Position numbers and translations under genes: made by a program | DNA from: Nostoc sp. | GTDB taxonomy: Bacteria; Cyanobacteriota; Cyanobacteriia; Cyanobacteriales; Nostocaceae | Assembly: GCA_036918135.1 (NCBI GenBank) | Contig: JBALDB010000009.1 | Location: forward strand, 131,605-195,604 | DNA length: 64,000 nt | Direction: 5' to 3' | Shown: piece by piece, positions 41,043 through 51,726 of the stretch | How positions within the stretch are numbered: position 1 is the first letter of the stretch | Layout of the letters: each line of letters opens with the position of its first letter | Notes under the pieces: model-generated | The model's input: the letters and a program-made list of their open reading frames with translations, nothing else | Told to the model about the DNA's origin: nothing | The model's database searches: none

Positions 41043-42860
41043 ATGAAGGTAGACCAGAGTCAATTCAAAGTAATCATTTTGGCGGCTGGATATGGCAGGA
41101 GGATGCGTCCCCTCACCTACCAAACTCACAAAACCCTATTGCAGATTGGTGAGAAAACTGTTCTGCAAAGAATTATTGACGGGATACTTGAGTATCACCT
41201 CACTGATATTACTATTGTGACAGGTTATCGGGTTGCAGAGATAAAACAGCATCTCGAACAAAATTATCCCCATTTAGCTATTAACTACGTTCATAACGAA
41301 AGATATGGAGAAACAAACAATATTTACTCCTTATCTTTAGCTTTACAAAATTTGTGTATAGATAAGGATATTATCCTGATTGAATGTGATTTAATATTTG
41401 AACCTGCTATTATTGAGCATTTACTGAAATCGTCGTATAAGAATGTTGCTTTGGTCGATCGCTACAGAAGTGGTATGGATGGGACGGTAGTTACCATATC
41501 GAAACGAAAAATCATCACGAATGTTATTCCTCCCCATCTCCAAGACGTTGACTTTGATTTTCATGACAAATATAAAACTTTAAATATTTATCGTTTTTCT
41601 CAGGAATTCTGCAATCGTTCTTTTGGAAAAATACTCCAATACTATGCTCAAACCATTGATGATAATTGCTACTATGAACTGATTGTAGGATTAATTATTT
41701 ACTTACAAAAAGAAGACATTTTTGTTGAAATTGTAGATGAGTCAGAAAAATGGGCTGAAATTGACGATCCTAACGATTTAAGAATTGCTCATTTTACCTT
41801 TAATAAATCTAAGCAAAAGGCTATTTTAGATAGTTCCTACGGAGGCTATTGGAACTATAATATTCTTGATTATTGCTTTATCCGCAATATGTATTTTCCT
41901 ACCAGTTCTGTTTTATCTGAAATGAAAAACAACCTGGTATCTCTAGTTCAAAACTATGGTTCTACCCAAACTATCCTCAATCAGAAACTTGCTACCTATC
42001 TTTATTGTCAGGAGAAGAAGGTTACTGTTCTCAATGGTGTTTCCCAAGTCTATCCAATTATAGAACAATACTTAGCTGAATTTAGAGGCTTGCTTCCTAG
42101 TCCTACATTCGGTGAGTATAGTAGAATCTTTCCTAAAGCTATTACATACTCAGATCGAGTAGGAATAGATACTACAGAAATTCTTGAAAAAGCTCAAAAC
42201 TGTGATTTTATTGTATTTGTCAATCCTAATAACCCTACTGGTTCTTTATTAGAAACAAAATGGATCTATAATTTTGCTGCTACTCATCCTGATAAAATAG
42301 TGATTTTAGACGAATCATTTATTTATTTCTCTGACCAAGAAAGTATTTTACCTTTACTGGAAAACGCTCCACTATCTAATGTAATTCTACTAGTAAGCTT
42401 AAGTAAAATACTAGGAGTACCAGGTATTCGCCTGGGTTATGTTTACACTGACAACCAAGCTTTTAATGGTTATCTCCACAATCACATACCCATTTGGAAT
42501 ATAAATTCCTTAGCTGAATACTTCTTAGAAATTATCTTGAAACATCAAGAAGCGATAAAAGCATCTTTCCAAAAAACTAAAGAAGACCGCGAACAATTTG
42601 CTAAGGAACTTAAGTCACTTCCTGGCGTTAAACAAGTTTACTCTAGTGGTGGAAATTTTTTACTGCTTTGTCTAGATTACGATTTAAGCTTGAAAGATAA
42701 CTTAACCCAAAAATTATTGTCTACACATGGTATATATATTAAAGATGTGTCCAGTCGCTTTAATAGTAAAAAACTCTATTTAAGATTAGCTGTTAGAAAT
42801 ATTGCTGACAATGAGATTTTTCTCAAAGCTTTTCGAGAGGTGACAGCTAGTTTAAAATAA
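41043..42860 (+). CDS. LicC-like NTP transferase fused to a class I/II PLP enzyme (HisC/CobD-like)
   Basis: IILAAGYGRRMRPLT, ETNNIYSL, WAEIDDPNDL; then PTFGEY, VNPNNPTG, LDESF, SLSKILGVPGIRLGY. Confidence 0.9.
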   Translation: MKVDQSQFKVIILAAGYGRRMRPLTYQTHKTLLQIGEKTVLQRIIDGILEYHLTDITIVTGYRVAEIKQHLEQNYPHLAINYVHNERYGETNNIYSLSLALQNLCIDKDIILIECDLIFEPAIIEHLLKSSYKNVALVDRYRSGMDGTVVTISKRKIITNVIPPHLQDVDFDFHDKYKTLNIYRFSQEFCNRSFGKILQYYAQTIDDNCYYELIVGLIIYLQKEDIFVEIVDESEKWAEIDDPNDLRIAHFTFNKSKQKAILDSSYGGYWNYNILDYCFIRNMYFPTSSVLSEMKNNLVSLVQNYGSTQTILNQKLATYLYCQEKKVTVLNGVSQVYPIIEQYLAEFRGLLPSPTFGEYSRIFPKAITYSDRVGIDTTEILEKAQNCDFIVFVNPNNPTGSLLETKWIYNFAATHPDKIVILDESFIYFSDQESILPLLENAPLSNVILLVSLSKILGVPGIRLGYVYTDNQAFNGYLHNHIPIWNINSLAEYFLEIILKHQEAIKASFQKTKEDREQFAKELKSLPGVKQVYSSGGNFLLLCLDYDLSLKDNLTQKLLSTHGIYIKDVSSRFNSKKLYLRLAVRNIADNEIFLKAFREVTASLK

Positions 42861-42897
42861 AATACAAGTATATTTGTAGACTAACAGCTAAATAATT

Positions 42898-43596
42898 ATG
42901 AGAAACAATTGGCAAAAAATTTGGAATAATAGACAAATATCTTCAGCAGATAAACCTATCTTAGAACAGTTAATTGCCATTGATGGCTTTAGTTCACCAT
43001 TTGGTCAGCTAAGTGAAACCGAAGCATGGATGGAGTATCTTGAACGCATAGTTACTAAGTTAAAAATTGAACTACAAGATTCTATCTTTGAAGTAGGCTG
43101 TGGTTCAGGAGCTTTTCTCTATCCCTTTTATCAAAAAAGACACAAAGTAGCAGGAATTGATTATGCCGAAAATCTAGTTAAAATTGCTTTATCAGCTATG
43201 CCTAAAGCTGATATTAAAGTTTGTGAAGCTATTGATATTCATGAACAAGAGCAATTTGATCTTGTAATTGCTAATGGTGTATTTTTATATTTTTACGATT
43301 ATGATTATGCTGCCAAAGTTATTAAAATAATGATTAAATTAGCTAGAAAAAGCATTGGGATATTAGATATTCCTAATCTTTATAAAAAAGAAGAAGATAT
43401 GAACAGAAGACGAGAAACAATTGGAGAAGAAGAATATAACAAGCAATATCAGTTTTTAGAACATTTATACTATGATAAAAATTATTTTTACCAACTTTTA
43501 GTTAATGAACCTGTTAATATAAAAATTGAAAATCAATATATTGCCAATTATGGTAATAATGCATATCGCTTTAATGTATTTATTTTCAAAAAGTAG
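42898..43596 (+). CDS. Class I SAM-dependent methyltransferase
   Basis: IFEVGCGSGAF, AGIDYA, FDLVIANGVFLYF. Confidence 0.9.
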   Translation: MRNNWQKIWNNRQISSADKPILEQLIAIDGFSSPFGQLSETEAWMEYLERIVTKLKIELQDSIFEVGCGSGAFLYPFYQKRHKVAGIDYAENLVKIALSAMPKADIKVCEAIDIHEQEQFDLVIANGVFLYFYDYDYAAKVIKIMIKLARKSIGILDIPNLYKKEEDMNRRRETIGEEEYNKQYQFLEHLYYDKNYFYQLLVNEPVNIKIENQYIANYGNNAYRFNVFIFKK

Positions 43597-44225
43597 CTGA
43601 AAAATGAGATTATCTAAAGAAGGATGTTTTGTCGCCTTCAATACAAATACAATAGCGTTTACTGTAAAGCCCAACAAATTCTAAACTTGAATAAATTGTT
43701 TTATTTAAGGAGTAGTGATTAATAAATTGACTACTACTTCCATATCGCTACCTAAACGGGAAGCTCACAAGAGTGAGAGGTGAATTAAATGTTCCAATGC
43801 ACAGAGTTGGTGCTTCCAGCAGACAATGTCAGCCGGAAGAGTCCCCGCCCAATAAGCTTGCAACAGCCCAGGGCAAACGCATCTAAATATAGACAAAGTG
43901 GTAGGTAAGGCGTGCAAAAAGTAGTATCGGTAAACTAAATGAGGACTAAGGGAACGATTGCGCTTGTGGGGTTAAGCAATCGGACTGTCTGCAATATCTC
44001 CCTAACTGGCGCTTTCTCTTGCTCCATCTACTGAACATGATTCAGTAAGCGCTTGTGAATATACTTCGACGACTTGAGGGTGGCGGTAGCCTGTGCCAGT
44101 TGCGTAAGCCCCGATCTTAACGAAAATTAAGTTTGAATTCTCAGTAAAATTATCCAAACAAGAGAAGTCAGCACAGGGTAATCCGGATTTCTTCTGGTTG
44201 CAGCAAAGTCGATAATTGAGCGATT

Positions 44226-44403
44226 ATATCATGTCCGGTTGAATACTTATGATATCTGTGAGGGTTGGTAATGGGTGATGGGTAATAGGTAATGGGGAAT
44301 AAAAATACAGTTTAACTCTTGCTGTGTTCATTAATTACCAATCACCTATTACCAATTACCAACAACACCAACCATATCTGCCGTAATTAGCCGAACTTGA
44401 TAT
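44226..44403. repeat. MITE-like element enclosing inverted STRR tracts
   Basis: Ends TATATCATGTCCGGTT / AGCCGAACTTGATAT; internal (GGTAATG)n versus (ATTACCA)n; related end at ~8574. Confidence 0.6.
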
Positions 44404-44462
44404 TATTACTTCATTATTTAAAGTATCAATAAATACTTATGTTTATCTGATTCATTCGGCAT

Positions 44463-45260
44463 TTATGCAACGCCCTTTTTTAGAGGTAAACATAAAGGTG
44501 TTCCTACCACCGGGTCTGGTACAATTCGACAAGCTAATTCAAATACCTGCTGCACCATTTCTTCTGTCATGACATCTGCTGGAGTTCCATGAGCCATAAC
44601 AGCGCCATCACGTAAAGCTACTAGCTGATGAGCATAACGACACGCCTGATTGAGATCGTGCAACACCATGACAATTGTTCTTCCCTTAAGTTGATTCAAA
44701 TCCCACAGCAACTCTAGCACCTCCACTTGATGAGCTAAATCTAAGAAAGTTGTCGGCTCATCCAATAGTAAAATCTGCGTATCTTGCGCTAAAGTCATGG
44801 CTATCCAAGCACGTTGCTTTTGTCCACCAGAAAGGGTATCTACAGCTCTATGGGCTAATTCACTGAGGTCTGTAGTTGTTAGTGCTTTGCAGACTTGACG
44901 TTCATCTTCAGATGTCCAAGATTGCAACCAACTTTTTTGATATGGATAACGACCAAGTGCAACCAAATCTCGCACAGTTATTCCTTCTGGTGCAACTGGC
45001 CCTTGAGGAAGAATACCGAGTTGTTGTGCAACTTTGGTCGTTGACTGTCGAAAAATATCAGCACCATTGAGATATACATTGCCAATATGGGGCTTGAGTA
45101 GTCTGGCTAAACCTCGCAGTAGAGTAGATTTACCACAACCATTGGGGCCAACTAAAGCAGTAATTTGTCCTGTGGAAATTAATAGGTTAAGACCAGATAT
45201 AATTGGTTTGCCATCGTAAGCCAGGCTTAGATGTTGAGTTTTAAGGGTTATATTTTCCAT
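44463..45260 (-). CDS. fecE: Iron-siderophore ABC transporter ATPase (FecE/FhuC)
   Basis: [45 protein letters not shown]. Confidence 0.92.
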   Translation of the reverse strand: MENITLKTQHLSLAYDGKPIISGLNLLISTGQITALVGPNGCGKSTLLRGLARLLKPHIGNVYLNGADIFRQSTTKVAQQLGILPQGPVAPEGITVRDLVALGRYPYQKSWLQSWTSEDERQVCKALTTTDLSELAHRAVDTLSGGQKQRAWIAMTLAQDTQILLLDEPTTFLDLAHQVEVLELLWDLNQLKGRTIVMVLHDLNQACRYAHQLVALRDGAVMAHGTPADVMTEEMVQQVFELACRIVPDPVVGTPLCLPLKKGVA

Positions 45261-46048
45261 AGGGCTTTGGGAGCGCAAGCTCAGGATATAAGTATTTAGT
45301 TTGTCTACGGTATGATTTCATTTGATGCAGTGCAAGCGATCGCCTAACACGGCAGTGTCTTGTTAAAATCGCTAGAGCGTTGAACTTTTGAGTTATCACA
45401 TACTAAGCTTTTCCTTAAAAACTGCGATTGCCCTTTAGTGTAAATTTACCCTTTATGCCTTAACTAAGAACTAAGATTCCGCAGGTATGTGGGTGTAGCC
45501 TGTGGCAGGCATCGTAAATGCTGTATTTTTATAAATGACCTAAATGCTGCATTTTAGAATCATAAGAGCATTACCATTAACTCTGATATTCTGCATGAGT
45601 AATTATACTCACAATTTTGCCCTCCGCAGGTTATTTTGTCAAAATCTGAATTTTTATAAAACGGCTAAAACTCAGTGTATCCAAAGGTTTGTCTCTTTAA
45701 AGAATAAGGTATATATATAAATATACCATCCTAGTTGGTAAAGTTTTATGAAACTGTTTAAATGATTACATTTATCGCTATAAGTACATGATAAGTTTAA
45801 CAGCAATTTCTAATACCTAGCCTTAAAAACGCTACTTAATACCTGCTAGCAAAACTTTTAACTTTCAAAAGTTTTTAGTATGTTTTTGCAATTATATTTA
45901 AATTGCAATTTTCGATGTGCTTGTATTTATTATTGAAAATCTTGTTAGATAGCTGCTGATAACAAAACATTTATTTAGTCCGTCTCGAATAAAAAAAGTC
46001 CTGCTGAACAAATCGCGATCGCTACCAATTTAAACTAATTTTAGTAAC

Positions 46049-47014
46049 ATGACACTTATCCTCCCACAGGCAGATTACTTAAAACTACTATACCAAGCAG
46101 AAATAATTCAGAATCATGATAGTTCAGATATTTTTGACATCACCAGGAAATATCAATTTGGTCAAGGGTATTGGCGACATATTCAGCTACGAGATAGCAT
46201 ATCTTTAGACATTTCCAATTATCAACAGCCAAAATCATTCATTTTAAAATGTCATGAGCGAAAGCATCCATTAGAATTTCTATTCTTTATTTTAATAGAT
46301 AGCCAATTTAAAAATCTTGAGTTCAAGACAGGAGAATACTTTTTAAGTGGTAGTGGTATGGCATCTGAGTGCGCTGTATTCGAGCCATCAGCGCAGGTAG
46401 TCGAAGTAGCTATTCACATGCATCCAAATGTGTTTTATAGCTTTGCAGAAAATACATCTGGTAAACTCCCAAAAGAATTACAACATTTAATTAAACGTTG
46501 GGATCAACCAACTTATGAACGCTATGGAATTCAAACTCCTGCAATGCAAATAGCACTACAGCAAATTCTTCAATGTCCCTACCAAGGCTTTACTAAACAA
46601 ATTTATCTTGAAGGTAAGGTTTGGGAACTGGTAGCAATGCTAGTCGAGCAAGAAATACAAATCAACCAAGGTTGCTTCCAGATTAATGGACTTAAGCCAT
46701 CAGATATTGACCGCATCTATAATGTTAGGGAAATTGTGTTGAAACATCTAGACAACCCACCGTCTCTTATCGAATTAGCACGACAAGTTGGTTTAAATGA
46801 TTGCACAATGAAGCAAGGCTTTAAGCAGATTTTTGGGACTACGGTGTTTGGCTATCTGCATCACTGCCGAATGGAACTAGCTTATAAGCTGCTTATTGAA
46901 AGAAATATGAATGTCACTGAAGTAGCCAGAACAGTAGGTTATGCTAGCTTACCTTCATTTAGTAATGCTTTTCGTAAAAAGTTTGGGATAAGTCCTAAGT
47001 CTTGTCACAGATAA
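46049..47014 (+). CDS. AraC-family regulator (PchR-like)
   Basis: PPSLIELARQVGLN...FKQIFGTTVFGYL...VGYASLPSFSNAFRKKFGISP. Confidence 0.92.
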   Translation: MTLILPQADYLKLLYQAEIIQNHDSSDIFDITRKYQFGQGYWRHIQLRDSISLDISNYQQPKSFILKCHERKHPLEFLFFILIDSQFKNLEFKTGEYFLSGSGMASECAVFEPSAQVVEVAIHMHPNVFYSFAENTSGKLPKELQHLIKRWDQPTYERYGIQTPAMQIALQQILQCPYQGFTKQIYLEGKVWELVAMLVEQEIQINQGCFQINGLKPSDIDRIYNVREIVLKHLDNPPSLIELARQVGLNDCTMKQGFKQIFGTTVFGYLHHCRMELAYKLLIERNMNVTEVARTVGYASLPSFSNAFRKKFGISPKSCHR

Positions 47015-47016
47015 AA

Positions 47017-47053
47017 ATTCCGGATGGAATAAAAAAAATTCCGGCTCGAATAA
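47017..47053 (+). promoter_or_regulatory. Putative AraC direct-repeat operator (related copy at 45977-46012)
   Basis: ATTCCGGATGGAATAA and ATTCCGGCTCGAATAA, 21 bp apart. Confidence 0.5.
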
Positions 47054-47217
47054 GATGCAAACACTTAAAAGTTATATATTTTTACAATGATTAGGTTAGT
47101 ATAAATATCTTTTACCAACTAAACTGGTAATATTATCTAAGAGCTATGGACTGAAAGGAAAATTATACTTAATTCTCAATTTCAAGACCTAGTATTTACT
47201 AAGTTGCGTGTATAAAA

Positions 47218-49830
47218 ATGTTTATCAGACTACAATATCCTGCTGTTTGCTGGTTAATATCTATTGTTTCTTTAACTTTAGCTAATCCAGCATATTCTGA
47301 ACAACCGTTAGTTAAAAAAACTTTAGTACGCTCAGGTGAAGTTTTTAAAGAAATTCAAACATTGAATCAGTTACAGCTTCCTAAAACTAATGCTTCATAT
47401 TTATGGAGAGTACCCAGACAGAATGATTTTCCTGAACTTAGTCAAGCAACTACAGATGTGGTATTAGTTACGGATGTTCAGGTTAACTCTACTGATAAAG
47501 GGATAGAGTTAATTTTAGTCACAGCTAATTCTCAGAAATTACAAGTTTTACCGAAAACTGAGGGTAATTCCTATATTGCAGATATCCCTAATGCCAAGTT
47601 GCAACTAAGAAGTGGGGATTTTAGACAATCAAAGCCAGTAGCCGGAATTGGATTAATTACAGTTACAAATTTAGATGCGAACACCTTACGAGTAACGGTG
47701 ACTGGGGAAATGGGTGCGCCTGCGGTGGAGTTGTTTGATAGTACAAAAGAAGGTTTAGTTTTTGGAGTGACTCCTAGTACTTCTACTGCTCAACAGCCAA
47801 CAACAACACCAGAAAAGCCCATTGAGTTAAATGTGACTGCTCCACCAGATACAAATTATCGGGTACCAGATGCTAGTACTGCAACGAAAACAGATACACC
47901 ATTGCGTGATATTCCTGCTTCAGTTCAGGTGATTCCTCAACAAGTTATCGAAGACCAACAACCGCGTAACTTAATTGGGATACTCTCAAATGCTGGCGTT
48001 GTCCAAAATAATTTTTCATCTCGAATTGCAGACACTTTTTCTATTCGAGGTTTTAGAGCCAGAAACGTTTATAGAAACGGTGTCAAAGACCGCTTTGCAG
48101 ATGTTGCTGCTTTATCAAGTTCGCTGACAAATATAGATAGAGTAGAAGTTGTTAGAGGGCCAAACTCTGTAATTTATGGTCAAGTCAATCCAGGTGGGAT
48201 CATTAATATAGTTACTAAAAAGCCTTTGAGTCAACCTTATTATGCCTTAGAGGTAAGGCGTGGTGCTTATGAACTTTTTGAACCTTCACTTGACCTTTCT
48301 GGGCCTGTGACAAAAGATGGCAGTCTGTCGTATCGTTTAAACACTTCTTACAGAACCACAGAAGACTTTACTGATTTTTATCATGAAAAGCGTTTTTTCG
48401 TTTCGCCTGTTGTTAATTGGCGTATCGGGAAAAATACAAATCTAACTTTTGATTCAGAATATGAAGACACACAGCAGTCGCTAGGTACTGGTTTGGAGCA
48501 GATTGCTAGTGCAACTATACTTCCTAACCCAAATGGCAAAATCCCTATTAACCGTTTTTTAGGGGAACCGACTGATTTCTTTAACCGCCAGCTTCATAGA
48601 TATAATTACAATCTAGAACATCGCTTTAACGATAACTGGTCTATTAGTAATTCATTTCAAGCTGCATTTTTAACCCTTGATTTACGTGAAACATCTGTCA
48701 CCAGTCTACTGGAAGCAGACAACCGCACTGTCGAAAGAGATCTGACTACTTTTCCAAAGCCAACAGAGTATGAAGCTTATACTTTAGATACTCATGTTAT
48801 TGGTGATTTTAACACTGGTAATATAAAACATAAACTTTTGGTGGGGTTTGACTTGTTTAGACAAACCCGAAGAACTAGTGTACTTAGAACAGCTGCCGCC
48901 CCTCTTGATGTCTTTAACCCAGTGTATGGTCAACCACTAGGTGATACTCTTGGAGGAGTTGATGTCTTCTTTAGAGATGATGCTTTAGGCTTTTATCTTC
49001 AAGACCAAGTGACACTTGCCAATAACCTCAAATTGCTTGTGGGTGGACGTTATGACTTAGTAGAGAATGAGTTTGCTAATCGGATTGCTTCAACTTCAAG
49101 TGTCCAGTCTGATTCTGCCTTTAGTCCAAGAGTAGGCATCGTTTATCAACCCATAGCGCCTGTCTCACTCTACGCCAGCTACAGCCGCTCTTTTGAACAA
49201 GTAACGGGTGCAGATAAAAATGACAACCTTTTTAGACCACAGCTAGGTACTCAGTATGAAGTGGGCGTTAAGACTGATTTATTTGATAACAAACTTTCAG
49301 CAACACTTGCTTTATATGATCTGACACTAACTAACATTTTGACTACCGATCCTACCGATTCCGATTATAGTGTGCAAACAGGAGAACAAAGAAGTCGGGG
49401 AGTAGAACTGAGTGTCACCGGAGAGATTCTTCCCGGTTGGAATGTGATTGGCTTCTACGGTTATACAGATGCACGCATTACCAAAGACAATGATCTTCCA
49501 GTCGGGAATCGAGTAGAAGGAATACCACAGCATGTCGCTAGTTTGTGGACAACTTACACTTTTCCTGCTGGCTCTCTCAAAGGTTTTGGAGGTGGAATTG
49601 GCTTTAACTACGTTGGAGATCAAATGCCAGATAATTTGGATACATATACAGTCCCAAGCTACTTTCTCACTAATGCAGCTCTGTACTATCGTCAGAATAA
49701 CTTTAGCATTGGACTCAACTTGAATAACATATTTAATGTTCGATATTATGAAGCAAGCTTTGACTATCTCCAAAGAATTATTCCTGGTCGTCCCTATACA
49801 GCAGAGTTATCAGTGAAGTGGGAATTTTAA
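47218..49830 (+). CDS. TonB-dependent siderophore receptor with AMIN domain
   Basis: ASTATKTDTPLRDIPASVQVI plug, DRVEVVRGP, C-terminal KWEF. Confidence 0.95.
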   Translation: MFIRLQYPAVCWLISIVSLTLANPAYSEQPLVKKTLVRSGEVFKEIQTLNQLQLPKTNASYLWRVPRQNDFPELSQATTDVVLVTDVQVNSTDKGIELILVTANSQKLQVLPKTEGNSYIADIPNAKLQLRSGDFRQSKPVAGIGLITVTNLDANTLRVTVTGEMGAPAVELFDSTKEGLVFGVTPSTSTAQQPTTTPEKPIELNVTAPPDTNYRVPDASTATKTDTPLRDIPASVQVIPQQVIEDQQPRNLIGILSNAGVVQNNFSSRIADTFSIRGFRARNVYRNGVKDRFADVAALSSSLTNIDRVEVVRGPNSVIYGQVNPGGIINIVTKKPLSQPYYALEVRRGAYELFEPSLDLSGPVTKDGSLSYRLNTSYRTTEDFTDFYHEKRFFVSPVVNWRIGKNTNLTFDSEYEDTQQSLGTGLEQIASATILPNPNGKIPINRFLGEPTDFFNRQLHRYNYNLEHRFNDNWSISNSFQAAFLTLDLRETSVTSLLEADNRTVERDLTTFPKPTEYEAYTLDTHVIGDFNTGNIKHKLLVGFDLFRQTRRTSVLRTAAAPLDVFNPVYGQPLGDTLGGVDVFFRDDALGFYLQDQVTLANNLKLLVGGRYDLVENEFANRIASTSSVQSDSAFSPRVGIVYQPIAPVSLYASYSRSFEQVTGADKNDNLFRPQLGTQYEVGVKTDLFDNKLSATLALYDLTLTNILTTDPTDSDYSVQTGEQRSRGVELSVTGEILPGWNVIGFYGYTDARITKDNDLPVGNRVEGIPQHVASLWTTYTFPAGSLKGFGGGIGFNYVGDQMPDNLDTYTVPSYFLTNAALYYRQNNFSIGLNLNNIFNVRYYEASFDYLQRIIPGRPYTAELSVKWEF

Positions 49831-50840
49831 TGAGAACAACTCATTGGTTAGCCAAGTGTTTTGTCATATACCTGCCCCTTTCAGGGTTGCTTGCTATGGT
49901 AGTGTGGCTAAACGGTTGTTTCTTTTTTAATTACCCAAAAGTTAGTGATTCTAAGAGTATTTCTTCTTTAAGTCAGGTTCGAGTCGTTCAGCACTTTATG
50001 GGTAAGACAATAGTTCCTGCTTATCCTCAACGAGTTGTTGTGCTTAGTGGTAGTTGTTTAGAAAATGCTTTGGCGTTGGGGATCAAACCTATAGCTGCCT
50101 CAAAGTTATTTGTCTCACAATTGCAGCGATTAGTAGGCCCGCTATCAGGTATTGAAGATGTAGATTGGCTCTCTCCTAGTATCGAAAAAGTCTTGTTTCT
50201 CAAACCAGACCTAATTCTTGGTATGCATTTTCATCAAGATATTTATCCACTGTTATCACACATTGCACCCACTGTTTTGGCTCCTCCTGGAACCACTGGA
50301 GCTTGGAAAGAATCTTTTGCTTTCACAGCCAGTGTTCTGGGTAAAACTAAAATAGCCCAGCAGGTAATGGATAATTATTATGCACGTTTGACACGGTTTA
50401 AAGCAAAAATGGGCGATCGCCTGAACACAACTTTAGTCTCAGTTGCCGAATTGCGTACTGATGCACTTTGGCTGTGGGCGAAGGCAAGTTTTTCAGGAGT
50501 TATTCTCAAAGATGCGGGTGTTGCACGTCCTTACTCTCAAACTTTGGATAGTCAAGCAACCCTGAGTCTAGGGGGTGGCCCTGCTGCCTATGCTTTATCA
50601 GAGGAACTTTTGAGTGAGTTAGATGGGGATATTTTATTTCTAGTATCAGAAGACACACTGGGCAAAAGGGATTTACACCCAATACTTGAGCAACTCAAAG
50701 CAAAACCGTTGTGGTCAAAGTTGAAAGTTGTCCAACAGGAAAAAGTTCATGAGGTGGGGTTTTACTGGGTTCAGTCTGGCCCCCTTGCAGCCAATCGGAT
50801 GATAGACGATTTGGAGCAATATTTAGTTAAACAACAATAA
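49830..50840 (+). CDS. Iron-siderophore periplasmic binding protein (FhuD/FecB-like), copy 1
   Basis: ATG overlaps the receptor stop (TAATG); PQRVVVL, PSIEKVLFLKPDLIL, LSHIAPTV, PLWSKLKVV. Confidence 0.9.
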   Translation: MRTTHWLAKCFVIYLPLSGLLAMVVWLNGCFFFNYPKVSDSKSISSLSQVRVVQHFMGKTIVPAYPQRVVVLSGSCLENALALGIKPIAASKLFVSQLQRLVGPLSGIEDVDWLSPSIEKVLFLKPDLILGMHFHQDIYPLLSHIAPTVLAPPGTTGAWKESFAFTASVLGKTKIAQQVMDNYYARLTRFKAKMGDRLNTTLVSVAELRTDALWLWAKASFSGVILKDAGVARPYSQTLDSQATLSLGGGPAAYALSEELLSELDGDILFLVSEDTLGKRDLHPILEQLKAKPLWSKLKVVQQEKVHEVGFYWVQSGPLAANRMIDDLEQYLVKQQ

Positions 50841-50868
50841 ACTATTTGAAAGTTTTTTAAGAGGGATT

Positions 50869-51528
50869 ATGTTGAACTTGAGTGCAATTAGGAATGCAAC
50901 TATGCAAGAAATTCCTTATAAATGGATTGTGTTTGAAAACTTGCTTGACACTTCAGTACAATCTGAACTAGCAAATAGTTTTGCGACTACAAACTATAAA
51001 GAATATCATGCTAGAGACTTTGAGTTAGAAGAATACCCGGAATATACATATGATGACTACAGGTTTTTTGCACGCTGCATTCTGGATGAAAGTAAGTACA
51101 AAGGTCTACAAGATATCAGCGATTTGAGTCTTAATTGGCAAAAATTGATTGAAGAACTTCTCACTCCTGATTATCGAGAGGCGATGGAGCATCTCACTAA
51201 TTTAAATTTGAAAAATCATTCACTAACAATTTATTTAACACGACATGATTTAGGATTCTGGAACCGTCCTCATACAGATATCCCCTATAAACATGTAACT
51301 CAACTTTTCTATTTCAATGAGGGATGGAACCCAGAGTGGGGAGGGTATTTTCAAGTTCTTAAAGATAATCAGACTACATCTGTAGTTAAAGAAGTTCCAC
51401 CCTTGCCGCAATATTCAGTTGCTATTGTACGTTGCGATCGCTCTTGGCACATGGTCTCCCCTATTTCCTTGAATGCAACTCAACACCGTTTGCATCTAGC
51501 GACTACCTTTTGGCTGCCAGAGTCTTAG
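50869..51528 (+). CDS. 2OG-Fe(II) oxygenase (prolyl-hydroxylase-like), copy 1
   Basis: RPHTD, QLFYFNEGWNPEWGG, SWHMVSP, distal Arg. Confidence 0.85.
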   Translation: MLNLSAIRNATMQEIPYKWIVFENLLDTSVQSELANSFATTNYKEYHARDFELEEYPEYTYDDYRFFARCILDESKYKGLQDISDLSLNWQKLIEELLTPDYREAMEHLTNLNLKNHSLTIYLTRHDLGFWNRPHTDIPYKHVTQLFYFNEGWNPEWGGYFQVLKDNQTTSVVKEVPPLPQYSVAIVRCDRSWHMVSPISLNATQHRLHLATTFWLPES

Positions 51529-51726
51529 GTTTTTGTTGAGTTCATGGGTAGAATTTTGCTCAAATCTCCTTGGTCATTAATTATCAAATGAAGTTTAAAT
51601 CCGTAGTACCAACCAACGGAATTTTTCACCATTTTACTAATCCTTTAAATACTTTATGTGCATGGGTACGGCAATTATGACAAACATTAATGGGAGTAAA
51701 ATCAATAAAACTAATTACCGCAGGCA

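Noticed and set aside
41043..42860. Phosphonate biosynthesis cluster
   Set aside because: No PEP mutase or phosphonopyruvate decarboxylase seen, and the PLP domain is class I/II rather than class V AEP-transaminase type
43740..44110. GC-richer non-coding stretch, possibly a gene or IS remnant or an ncRNA
   Set aside because: The frames examined contain stops and I could not recognise a family or structure; needs blastx/Rfam
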